Origin: a virus
Reading direction: 5' to 3' (one strand)
DNA: 64,000 nt
Virus record (IMG/VR): IMGVR_UViG_3300022682_000016
Location: 1 to 64,000 of that record
Shown here: in pieces, positions 1 through 7,458 of the stretch
Layout of the letters: each line of letters opens with the position of its first letter
Position numbering within the stretch: position 1 is the stretch's first letter
The notes under the pieces: generated by a model
What the model saw: only the letters and a program-made list of their open reading frames with translations
Told to the model about the DNA's origin: nothing
Databases searched by the model: none
Position numbers and translations under genes: made by a program

Positions 1-205
1 AAAACAAATCTGGCACATCCAAAAAGGGATATTAAGTAAATTTGTTGCTTAACAGTGGGATACAATTTTGCTCGTATTCCTTTTAATTGAGTATCATTCG
101 TACTCTAAATGTATAATTATACTTCATAAAGGTCAAATCTCTATAATAATCATTAAAATTCTATAAAATTAAGAACTGGTTATAACCCCGGATCTATATC
201 TAAAA

Positions 206-279
206 TGGAACTGACCTTATACGATCCAGCAACTTCTGCCGTGGAAGGATGTCGCTCTCCCAGATTTGGCTACGGCCCC
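206..279 (-). pseudogene. Degenerate tRNA-Gly(TCC)-like sequence
   Basis: The minus strand reads GGGGCCGTAGCCAAATCTGGGAGAGCG...CT-TCC-AC...GGATCGTAT...TTCCA. Length and D-arm are tRNA-like, but the anticodon and T stems pair poorly. Confidence 0.5.
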
Positions 280-296
280 ATAATTTATTTTTGGTT

Positions 297-515
297 TTAT
301 AGTGCGATAATATTTCTTTTACGTCGAACAGTATTACCAGACCTAGTGGTACCTATCATAGAAGTACTGACTGAGGCATACACGCCGTCCTGCCCTTTTA
401 CTTCGTCACCTTCTCTGATAAGGTCTTTTTTATCAAGGTATCTGTATTTCTTAGTTGCTTGTTTCATTTCTTTTATGATCTCAAGCTGCCTAAGATACAT
501 TTTTCGTGTTGCCAT
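297..515 (-). CDS. Small hypothetical protein inside the tRNA array
   Basis: 72-aa ORF with a GGAG SD upstream, co-oriented with the tRNAs. Confidence 0.6.
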   Translation of the reverse strand: MATRKMYLRQLEIIKEMKQATKKYRYLDKKDLIREGDEVKGQDGVYASVSTSMIGTTRSGNTVRRKRNIIAL

Positions 516-651
516 CTTAACTCCAAAGTTGTAAGTTGTTTAAATAAAATATATTAAGATGTACTAAGGTATCAATATAGCTTATTTATAGTTGTGGAAA
601 ATGTGAAAATTCACCCCCCATATTTCCTTAACAGTATCTCAAATTTAAAAA

Positions 652-725
652 CAGGAGTGACCGGACTTGAACCGGCGACCTGATGCCTGACAAACAACTG
701 CTCTAGCCATCTGAGCTACACCCCT
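652..725 (-). tRNA. tRNA-Asp(GTC)
   Basis: AGGGGTGTAGCTCAGATGGCTAGAGCAGTTGTTTGTCAGGCATCAGGTCGCCGGTTCAAGTCCGGTCACTCCTG folds as a cloverleaf with anticodon GTC and discriminator G. Confidence 0.9.
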
Positions 726-802
726 ATTAATAACTTGTATACCGGTTTGGTCAGATAACCGGGAAGAGTTGCGTTTAACGTCTGTCACATAGACTAAATT
801 TG

Positions 803-883
803 TGCGCCAGGTTGGACTCGAACCAACCATATCCGAAGATAAGTGTTTTACAGACACCACCGGCACCCGGCCTGTTCTGACGC
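803..883 (-). tRNA. tRNA-Tyr(GTA) with atypical D-arm
   Basis: Acceptor stem GCGTCAG/CTGGCGC, anticodon arm GGTGT-CTGTAAA-ACACT, long variable arm TATCTTCGGATA, T-loop TTCGAGT. Confidence 0.85.
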
Positions 884-894
884 ATAATAAGTTT

Positions 895-925
895 AAAAAG
901 GGGCAGTTTGTTAAGCTACTCCCTT
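895..925 (-). terminator. Intrinsic terminator-like hairpin between tRNA-Arg and tRNA-Tyr
   Basis: AAGGGAGTAGCTT-AAC-AAACTGCCCC followed by TTTTT; the stem is imperfect. Confidence 0.5.
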
Positions 926-954
926 GAAAAATAATTACTAAAAACATAATAAAG

Positions 955-996
955 CTGTCAAAGACCATTTTTCCGCAGCCTAATGACTGTTACGGA
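955..996 (-). promoter_or_regulatory. CATTAGG-loop hairpin plus boxA-like element
   Basis: Hairpin CAGTC-ATTA-GGCTG followed by GGTCTTTGACAG, which resembles boxA (TGCTCTTTAACA). Confidence 0.45.
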
Positions 997-1001
997 CAAT
1001 T

Positions 1002-1077
1002 TGGCGTCCCTGGGAAGATTTAAACTCCCGACACCCTGATCCGTAGTCAGGTGCTCTGTTCGCTGAGCTACAGGGAC
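1002..1077 (-). tRNA. tRNA-Arg(ACG)
   Basis: GTCCCTG acceptor stem, CCTGA-CTACGGA-TCAGG anticodon arm and an encoded CCA. The T-loop is TTTAAAT and the D-loop lacks GG. Confidence 0.9.
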
Positions 1078-1087
1078 ATTATTTTAA

Positions 1088-1160
1088 TGTTCCGAGAAAG
1101 ATTTGAACTTTCGACCCTCTGGGTGTAAACCAGATGCGCTTACCTCTGCGCTACCGGAAC
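1088..1160 (-). tRNA. tRNA-Val(TAC)
   Basis: GTTCCGG acceptor stem, TCTGG-TTTACAC-CCAGA anticodon arm, TTCAAAT T-loop, discriminator A. Confidence 0.92.
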
Positions 1161-1169
1161 AATTATAAA

Positions 1170-1181
1170 TTTTAAAGAACA
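1170..1181 (-). promoter_or_regulatory. boxA-like antitermination element
   Basis: TGTTCTTTAAAA matches E. coli rrn boxA TGCTCTTTAACA at 10 of 12 positions and lies between the terminator and tRNA-Val. Confidence 0.55.
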
Positions 1182-1182
1182 T

Positions 1183-1211
1183 AAAAAAAGCCCCGGAACT
1201 TTCCGAGGCTT
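1183..1211 (-). terminator. Intrinsic terminator (attenuator) upstream of the tRNA array
   Basis: AAGCCTCGGA-AAGT-TCCGGGGC followed by T7. Confidence 0.85.
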
Positions 1212-1247
1212 CTTAATTCAAACAAAAACAATGACTTAAGAAACCCC
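1205..1247 (-). promoter_or_regulatory. Antiterminator hairpin, mutually exclusive with the terminator
   Basis: GGGGTTTCTTAA (1247-1236) pairs over 12 bp with TTAAGAAGCCTC (1216-1205), which includes the 5' arm of the terminator. Confidence 0.75.
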
Positions 1248-1403
1248 TTACACACAACCTCCTTCACGGTTATCAGCAAAGAGATGTGATTTTAATACTG
1301 GTGTATATGCACACATAACAATGCTAATCCTCTGGACAGATTTGTCCAACGGTTGCCATGTTTGTCTGGATATAGTATTAAAATTCTTCTGTAAGGAAAA
1401 CAT
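1248..1403 (-). CDS. Leader peptide, 51 aa (below the ORF-track size cut-off)
   Basis: SD TAGGAC then ATG; translates to MFSLQKNFNTISRQTWQPLDKSVQRISIVMCAYTPVLKSHLFADNREGGCV*. The stop codon abuts the antiterminator. Confidence 0.75.
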   Translation of the reverse strand: MFSLQKNFNTISRQTWQPLDKSVQRISIVMCAYTPVLKSHLFADNREGGCV

Positions 1404-1429
1404 AAGTCCTAACCTAATGTTAATTAAAA

Positions 1430-1570
1430 TTCTTTGAAAAAGAGTGTTTATGACCGAAGAGCAGGGAATGAATAGGCTTAAAGCCTAGGTTGGTACGGAT
1501 ACTAAAACGGTTATCGGGTTTCTGAATCTTCAATCGAGCACTACTTCTCAAAGAACACGACCTAATGGTC
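1430..1570 (-). ncRNA. Long structured 5' leader RNA with boxB/boxA-like elements
   Basis: GACC-ATTA-GGTC hairpin, then TGTTCTTTGAGA. 1430-1555 folds into a long stem (UUCUUUGAGAAG/UUUUUCAAAGAA, GAUUGAAGA/UCUUCGGUC) with internal hairpins. Confidence 0.45.
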
Positions 1571-1577
1571 AGGATTA

Positions 1578-1606
1578 AAGATAAGTTAAGAAAACAAAAT
1601 ATGCAA
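1578..1606 (-). promoter_or_regulatory. sigma70-like promoter of the leader/tRNA transcript
   Basis: TTGCAT-N17-TATCTT; the same -10 occurs at 17013 and 41110. Confidence 0.65.
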
Positions 1607-1678
1607 GTACTTTTTTAAAGAATTTTTAAATGGTTATTACTGATAGCAAAAATAAATAAATAAATAAAAAAGTTTTTA

Positions 1679-1707
1679 TTGACTATACACAAGTGAAAAC
1701 TTATTTT
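1679..1707 (+). promoter_or_regulatory. Divergent sigma70-like promoter
   Basis: TTGACT-N17-TATTTT with an A-rich upstream tract. Confidence 0.55.
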
Positions 1708-1727
1708 TTATCGTAACCTATTAGGAG

Positions 1728-1778
1728 AAGGCTTTGAAAGGAAACTCTTCTAACTTTTTATAAGTTGGATAAACCAGG
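1728..1778 (+). mobile_element. Orphan right end of IS607 element 2
   Basis: 1728-1781 matches 10174-10227 at 52 of 54 nt. Confidence 0.85.
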
Positions 1779-1784
1779 TGTATA

Positions 1785-2042
1785 ATGAAAGATTTTAATG
1801 ATACCCAATTAGCAAAATTTATTAAGAAGTACTCTTTCAAAAACTCTGATGAGTTATCTCCTGCATCAGACTTAGAGTCTGACTTAGGACTAGATTCCTT
1901 AGATAAAATAGAGTTGCTAATGGACATTGAAAATCAATATAACATCGAAACTCTTTCAGATGATGATTTATATACTATCAAGAGCATTCAAGATATTATA
2001 GATTATTTAGAAAAGAACAATGTCTCCCATAATTATCTGTAG
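1785..2042 (+). CDS. acpP: Acyl carrier protein
   Basis: Acidic 85-aa protein with the DLGLDSLD phosphopantetheine attachment motif. Confidence 0.85.
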   Translation: MKDFNDTQLAKFIKKYSFKNSDELSPASDLESDLGLDSLDKIELLMDIENQYNIETLSDDDLYTIKSIQDIIDYLEKNNVSHNYL

Positions 2043-2070
2043 GATAAACTTTAATGCCTGAAAGAATGTT

Positions 2071-2337
2071 ATGAATCCTAATCACCAAATAACTCAAAGC
2101 AATCCTAAAGATCCTAAAATATTACAGGTGGAATGCACCTTACAACCTGATGGTAAGTGTACTTTTAGGCAGCATTATAGTAATTTAAATCCTGAACAGT
2201 TAGCAAAACTGGCACTGTATATGATTACCGAACTTGGAAAAATGGCGTTTGGTAGATTAGCGCCTCTAGTAGACGGTGTGGCATATACTAGCAAATTAAT
2301 AAATAAACAGTCACCAAATAATTTCTTTAACTCGTAA
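2071..2337 (+). CDS. Hypothetical protein
   Basis: ORF in a co-directional run. Confidence 0.55.
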   Translation: MNPNHQITQSNPKDPKILQVECTLQPDGKCTFRQHYSNLNPEQLAKLALYMITELGKMAFGRLAPLVDGVAYTSKLINKQSPNNFFNS

Positions 2338-2347
2338 GGAATATTGT

Positions 2348-2746
2348 ATGAACAGTAATGAACAAATTTCAATGGAAGCTATTAAGGGATACTTAAAAAA
2401 TGCTTCTTATGATAAACTTGAAACCAAAATCATTTCCCAGCTACTTAATGAACGAAATGAACTTGCTGACACCTTACTAGAAAGCTGTGTAATTCCTGTT
2501 GGGTCTAAGATAGTAACAGAAAGTGGCCACAACATACTGTTTAAAGACAGTGAAGAATACGATGCTGTCATTTCTATTGGGCACAATACCCTACTTGAAG
2601 GGGAGTTGGAAACTCATTACTTCTTAGACGGTAAATATAATGGTGTCGATCTTCCTGGACAGGACAGAAAATTCCCGAATAAAAAAACCCCTAGCGCTCC
2701 TTACCAAGCACCTAAAGGAGAAGTGGGTGATGGGGAACCGGCATAA
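2348..2746 (+). CDS. Hypothetical protein
   Basis: ORF with an AAGGA SD. Confidence 0.65.
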   Translation: MNSNEQISMEAIKGYLKNASYDKLETKIISQLLNERNELADTLLESCVIPVGSKIVTESGHNILFKDSEEYDAVISIGHNTLLEGELETHYFLDGKYNGVDLPGQDRKFPNKKTPSAPYQAPKGEVGDGEPA

Positions 2747-2754
2747 TTTAAGAA

Positions 2755-4251
2755 ATGGTAACTTTCACCGTAAATAATATACTTACCCACGTAGATAATC
2801 CTAACCAAATATCCGCAGCTGTGGGTAAGTATTTATATATAAAAACAAACACTTTCTATAAAGGCATTGACCAACAAGTTTATGCATCTACTGGAAAAAC
2901 TGTACTCAAAACAAAATTTAAAGTAGACACACTCCAAGTATATAACCAAAGCACACAAATGTTCCCGACTGGCAGGCTTGGTTACTTAGTTGACTGGTGT
3001 AAAGAACGAGGAATACCGGTTAATGTAATTGACAATCGAATAATGCCAAAAAAGTTGTTTGATGCTAAGTATATTGGGCCACCGTCTGACGGAAGTGATG
3101 GTAAACCTCCTAGAAGTTATCAATTAAGAGCACCTGAACTTGTGAAGCAAAAAAGCAGGGGCATTTTATGGTATGCTACTGGCGCTGGAAAAACAATTAC
3201 CGGGGCTAGGATTATACAACGATTAGGAGTAAAAACATTATACATGGTACCCTCTTTAGATTTATTGGATCAAACGCATACAGCATTACAAGGACTATTA
3301 AAAAATGTATCTGTTGGTATAATTGGGGGAGGTTCTTGGGATCCTAAAGAAATTACAGTAGCTACCACAGCTACTTTATGGAGTCGCTACGAAACTAAAG
3401 AGTGCAAAGAATTATTATCCTCTATAGATCTACTAATTGTAGATGAGTGCCACCATACCCAAAGAAAAGGAAAAGGCCAGAAAACAAAAAATAAACGTGG
3501 AAAAACCTACGATGTTAATTCATGGTACATATTAGCACTACACTGTAATGCATATTACCGAATAGGGCTGACCGGAACTCCTGGAAAAGATATTGAGCAA
3601 AAACGTTCCTTATTAGAATGTGTATTAGGTCGAGTAATTGATCGAGTATCTGTAAAAGAACTTATTGACTTGGGAGTACTGACAGATGTTGAAGTACATA
3701 TTCACACAATAAAACATAACAGAGTAATTCCCGATTACCCCTCAGCACGTAGAGAAGGGGTACTATTAAATGAGGACTTCAATAGATATATTGTAAACGT
3801 AGCTATAACAGAATTAAAAGCAGGTAAATACGTCTTACTATTAACAGGATCTAAAGCACATCAAGGACCAGCTTTATCCAAGCTATTTAAAGAATACGGA
3901 TACGAGGTAGGGTTTGTGTCTGGAGACGATAAACGAAAAAAACGTGTTCAGATCAGAGAAGATTTTAGAGATGGAAAGATAAGATGTCTTATTGGAACAG
4001 TATATAAAGAAGGCGTAGATTTCCCAAAACTTGATGTTGGGATACTTTGTGATGGTGGTCAAGACGAAAAGGGTACTTGCCAATTCATGGGTCGTATTTT
4101 AAGGACTTCTGAGGGAAAAACAATTGCAAGGCTACATGATTTTATGCATAAAGACAAAAAACATCTACAAAGACACTCAAATGCCCGTCTAAACACCTAT
4201 GTAGAAGAAGAAATAGACACCATAATAACCCATGAGGGAATTATCCTATGA
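2755..4251 (+). CDS. SF2 DNA helicase (UvsW/XPB-like)
   Basis: Motifs ATGAGKT, DECHH, LTGTP, EGVDFP, QFMGRILR. Confidence 0.88.
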   Translation: MVTFTVNNILTHVDNPNQISAAVGKYLYIKTNTFYKGIDQQVYASTGKTVLKTKFKVDTLQVYNQSTQMFPTGRLGYLVDWCKERGIPVNVIDNRIMPKKLFDAKYIGPPSDGSDGKPPRSYQLRAPELVKQKSRGILWYATGAGKTITGARIIQRLGVKTLYMVPSLDLLDQTHTALQGLLKNVSVGIIGGGSWDPKEITVATTATLWSRYETKECKELLSSIDLLIVDECHHTQRKGKGQKTKNKRGKTYDVNSWYILALHCNAYYRIGLTGTPGKDIEQKRSLLECVLGRVIDRVSVKELIDLGVLTDVEVHIHTIKHNRVIPDYPSARREGVLLNEDFNRYIVNVAITELKAGKYVLLLTGSKAHQGPALSKLFKEYGYEVGFVSGDDKRKKRVQIREDFRDGKIRCLIGTVYKEGVDFPKLDVGILCDGGQDEKGTCQFMGRILRTSEGKTIARLHDFMHKDKKHLQRHSNARLNTYVEEEIDTIITHEGIIL

Positions 4252-4436
4252 GCCGAGAAGATATTATTAACTTTGAGAAATATAACAAATCCAAAAATAA
4301 TAATATTGGAGAGGCTCTAAATCAATTTACAAGACTAAAACAAAAATATAAGGATAAACCTACAATGTCTAATTTAATCTTGCTAAAACAAAAACAAAAA
4401 GTCTTAAAAAATAAGGGCATTAAAGTATCTATATAA
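4248..4436 (+). CDS. Hypothetical protein
   Basis: ATGA overlap with the helicase stop codon. Confidence 0.5.
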   Translation: MSREDIINFEKYNKSKNNNIGEALNQFTRLKQKYKDKPTMSNLILLKQKQKVLKNKGIKVSI

Positions 4437-4626
4437 ATACAAAATATGCACTAAGTGCATCATTGATCAAGTTGTATGCAATAAAATTTTTTGAAAGGAT
4501 TATTATATGGCAAATCGGGTTAGTGTCGAAATACAGGTCAATCGTTGCAAGTATTGCGGAGGCGAATTTATCACAGTCGAAAATTATGGCCAGTGTCGAA
4601 AGGGTATAATTAACATCTTAAAAGTA

Positions 4627-4655
4627 TTGCTTTTTATTAACAATTAATATACTTT
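4627..4655 (+). promoter_or_regulatory. Promoter for a probably leaderless tnpA mRNA
   Basis: TTGCTT-N17-TACTTT; the ATG begins 7 nt downstream and there is no SD. Confidence 0.5.
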
Positions 4656-4661
4656 ATAGTT

Positions 4662-5228
4662 ATGAAATTATCTGAATATGCTAAAAAACACAGTATTACT
4701 TACAAAACTGCGTTTATTCATTGGCAAAAAGGTTTTATAAAGGGAAAGCAACTACCAACAGGAACGATAGTTGTTTTTGACGAGGAGTGTCTCGAAGTTA
4801 CTGATTATTGTATTTATTGCAGAGTATCTTCTCATGATCAAAAATCTGATCTACTTCGACAAGAGGGGCGATTAAAGGATTTTTGCAGTGCAAAAGGACT
4901 TAAGATAGCAGCTATCTACTCTGAAATAGCTTCAGGACTAAATGATAATAGACCTAAGTTTAATAAAGCTTTAAAAAGTAACCTCAATATCATAGCAGAA
5001 CACAAAGATAGGGTGACAAGATTTGGTTTTAATTACTTAAGTTCATTGCTGACAATGCAAAACAGAAAACTTGTTATAATAAATGATACCGAAAACAATG
5101 ATGACATTATCCAAGATTTTATATCTGTAATCACATCTTTCTGTGCAAGGATATACGGAAAAAGAAGGAGTAAAAGAAAAACAGAAAAACTTATTAAGGA
5201 ACTTAATGAAAATAACGAGAAGCGTTAA
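4662..5228 (+). CDS. tnpA: IS607 serine recombinase TnpA
   Basis: N-terminal HTH (MKLSEYAK), catalytic YCRVSS, EHKDRVTRFGF, SFCARIYGKR. Confidence 0.95.
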   Translation: MKLSEYAKKHSITYKTAFIHWQKGFIKGKQLPTGTIVVFDEECLEVTDYCIYCRVSSHDQKSDLLRQEGRLKDFCSAKGLKIAAIYSEIASGLNDNRPKFNKALKSNLNIIAEHKDRVTRFGFNYLSSLLTMQNRKLVIINDTENNDDIIQDFISVITSFCARIYGKRRSKRKTEKLIKELNENNEKR

Positions 5229-6300
5229 ATGTCATTATAGTTGGCTCACTAATAAAAAGAAATTAGAGTTAAGTTCTATTTTAAAAGAATACTCCGAGGT
5301 TGTTAATTGGTTTATTAAAGAATACGAATCTGTTATTCCAGAAAAAACTAAGTACGAGTTAATACTTAAAGAACATATTCATAAAGCAGATACTTGGTTA
5401 TCGGCACGGTTAGTTAAAAACGCTTTTCAAGAGGGTTACACTATTGTTCAAGGAACCAAAGAGTCCTGTAAAGCACTAAACAAATCCTATTCTTCTCCTA
5501 CGCATAAATTAAATACTATGACTGTTTCATGTACTATCGCTACTATTGATAAGAATCCCAGTACTAAAGCTTTTGATTTAAATGTTACTTTGGGTTCTAT
5601 TGGGAATAAAATGAAAATTCATATTCCATTAAAAAAACACAAACAATTTATAAAATGGGACTCATTAGGAAAACTAAATTCAACTGTAACTGTTACTGAT
5701 AAATATATTCAGTTCTCATTTGAAATAGATACTGGAAAAAAGAAAACAAGCGGTGATTTATTAGGTGTTGATATTGGTATGAATAAGTTGTTGGCAACTT
5801 CTGACAATAATATTTATGGAGATCGCACAAGATCTCTTATTGATAAATTAAGAAGAAAAAAGCGTTGTAGTAAGGCATATTATAGATGCAAAGAAGAGAT
5901 AAAAGAATACCTTTGTAAAGAAGTTAAAAATATCCCTTTTAATGAGTTAAGATTATTGGTTTGTGAAAATTTAAAAGGTCTTAAAAATAAGATGAAAGTC
6001 AAACGTCGATTGACCAAAAATATTCGACGAGTTCTCACTAATTGGAACTATAGATTTGTATTGGAAAGGATCAAAGCGTTATGTGAAGAAAACCGTGTTA
6101 GCTTTCGTAGCGTCTTACCATATTACACATCTGTAACATGTTCTAGTTGTGGTCACAGTGAGAAAAGAAATCGGTTAAATCAGGAATCATTTTACTGTGT
6201 GAGTTGTGGTTACTCAGACAACGCAGATTTAAATGCAAGCAAAGTGATACTGGATCGATTTCTTACCGGAAAATATGGTTCCGGTTTCCAAACTTGTTAA
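5206..6300 (+). CDS. tnpB: TnpB RNA-guided nuclease
   Basis: RuvC motifs GVDIG / ENL / NADLNA and a CSSCG-CVSCG zinc finger. The start is likely the ATG at 5206. Confidence 0.92.
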   Translation: MKITRSVKCHYSWLTNKKKLELSSILKEYSEVVNWFIKEYESVIPEKTKYELILKEHIHKADTWLSARLVKNAFQEGYTIVQGTKESCKALNKSYSSPTHKLNTMTVSCTIATIDKNPSTKAFDLNVTLGSIGNKMKIHIPLKKHKQFIKWDSLGKLNSTVTVTDKYIQFSFEIDTGKKKTSGDLLGVDIGMNKLLATSDNNIYGDRTRSLIDKLRRKKRCSKAYYRCKEEIKEYLCKEVKNIPFNELRLLVCENLKGLKNKMKVKRRLTKNIRRVLTNWNYRFVLERIKALCEENRVSFRSVLPYYTSVTCSSCGHSEKRNRLNQESFYCVSCGYSDNADLNASKVILDRFLTGKYGSGFQTC

Positions 6301-6431
6301 AGGTACTAAAACTACCTATAATAAGTAACGGTACATTACGATTTCGCCATCGGTGTGCCTTGGCAGAGCTGTTGGCCCCAAGACAACAGTATCCGACTGC
6401 TTGGGACATCTTCTTGTAAGGTTCTAAGAGT

Positions 6432-6461
6432 TTGACATTTTTGCATTAATACGACTATATT
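6432..6461 (+). promoter_or_regulatory. sigma70-like promoter
   Basis: TTGACA-N18-TATATT. Confidence 0.5.
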
Positions 6462-6564
6462 TAAAAAAATACAGGAAAGTGCTGAGACATGATAAAAATG
6501 ACCAATCCTTACAAATTAATAATAATAGCGTATAACAAATAATTAACCATAAAGGATATATACA

Positions 6565-6726
6565 ATGGCAGTACCTTTAAAACTCAACAATGCACAAAAA
6601 GATTTATTAATGAACGACCCTGTACATTACAACGTATCTCTAAGGTATATTTCTAAAGAGGATTATTGGGAATGCGAATGTGATGGGGCAACTGCCCGTA
6701 AAGTTAAAGAAATTGTAGATAATTAG
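6565..6726 (+). CDS. Small hypothetical protein, 53 aa (not in the ORF track)
   Basis: AAAGGA SD; MAVPLKLNNAQKDLLMNDP...KVKEIVDN*. Confidence 0.55.
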   Translation: MAVPLKLNNAQKDLLMNDPVHYNVSLRYISKEDYWECECDGATARKVKEIVDN

Positions 6727-6734
6727 GAAAATAC

Positions 6735-6992
6735 ATGTCAGAAAATACTCAAAACCCATTAATGGTTATTATCGGACTTGATCCCGAAAAGCATAAAATA
6801 CCTCCTCTCCTGAATCATCACCTAAAAAAGATTGGTAAAGATATTCCTATAGTGTTCTGGTCAGAAGAAGATCTGAACAGTGACACTTGGGAAAGTATCA
6901 GAAAATATGCTAAAAAAATTGGGTTTAAGCCCACATTAAAAGACTCAATGTTACCTCCTAACAAACCTAATATAAAGATTGTGCAATCATGA
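6735..6992 (+). CDS. Hypothetical protein
   Basis: SD present; operon spacing. Confidence 0.6.
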   Translation: MSENTQNPLMVIIGLDPEKHKIPPLLNHHLKKIGKDIPIVFWSEEDLNSDTWESIRKYAKKIGFKPTLKDSMLPPNKPNIKIVQS

Positions 6993-7186
6993 GTAGCGCT
7001 GGTAAAGGATCTGCGAGACGACCATTAAGTACCTCAGAAGAAGAATTTGATAAAAAATTCACAAATATTTTCAAAACAAAGTACTGTCTCAATTGTAGAA
7101 AAGTAACAAATGTAGAGATAGTGTCTGGAGAAGTTAGGTGTCAATCCTGTTTAAGAACTGTAAGCTTTGAAAAACCCAAAAAATAA
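6989..7186 (+). CDS. Small zinc-ribbon protein
   Basis: GKGSARRP N-terminus; CLNC and CQSC motifs. Confidence 0.6.
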   Translation: MSSAGKGSARRPLSTSEEEFDKKFTNIFKTKYCLNCRKVTNVEIVSGEVRCQSCLRTVSFEKPKK

Positions 7187-7458
7187 TAACGCATCAATAT
7201 CGGAGTGATTTATGAAAATAATACCTATCGGAACTGGAAGTGCATTCTCACTTAATAATTTTCAAACAAACCTTATTATAGAAAATTCTACCGGTAAACG
7301 TTTACTCATAGATGCTGGAGGAGATGTTCGACACGCTTTGAAAAAATTGGATCTGTCATATAAAGACATTGATGCGGTATATTTATCACACCTTCATGGG
7401 GATCATGTGGGAGGTAGAAGCAGTTTAATATAAAGTTATAAATACTTATAAAAACTTA

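Larger units (their letters stand above)
4605..6331 (+). mobile_element. IS607-family element 1 (tnpA + tnpB)
   Basis: Serine recombinase plus TnpB, bounded by GG at 4603-4604 and 6330-6331, with no terminal inverted repeats. Confidence 0.85.
4507..6419 (+). pseudogene. Small zinc-ribbon-like gene interrupted by IS607 element 1
   Basis: Joining 4507-4604 to 6332-6419 gives MANRVSVEIQVNRCKYCGGEFITVENYGQCRKGTLRFRHRCALAELLAPRQQYPTAWDIFL, with an AAGGA SD. Confidence 0.55.

Noticed and set aside
736-797. Hairpins between tRNA-Tyr and tRNA-Asp as another tRNA or ncRNA
   Set aside because: Only short stems (CCGGTT/AACCGG) are present, with no cloverleaf or T-loop consensus.
205-968. ORFs 205-534 (+) and 645-968 (-)
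   Set aside because: They overlap tRNA genes or the better-supported opposite-strand ORF and have no protein-like features.
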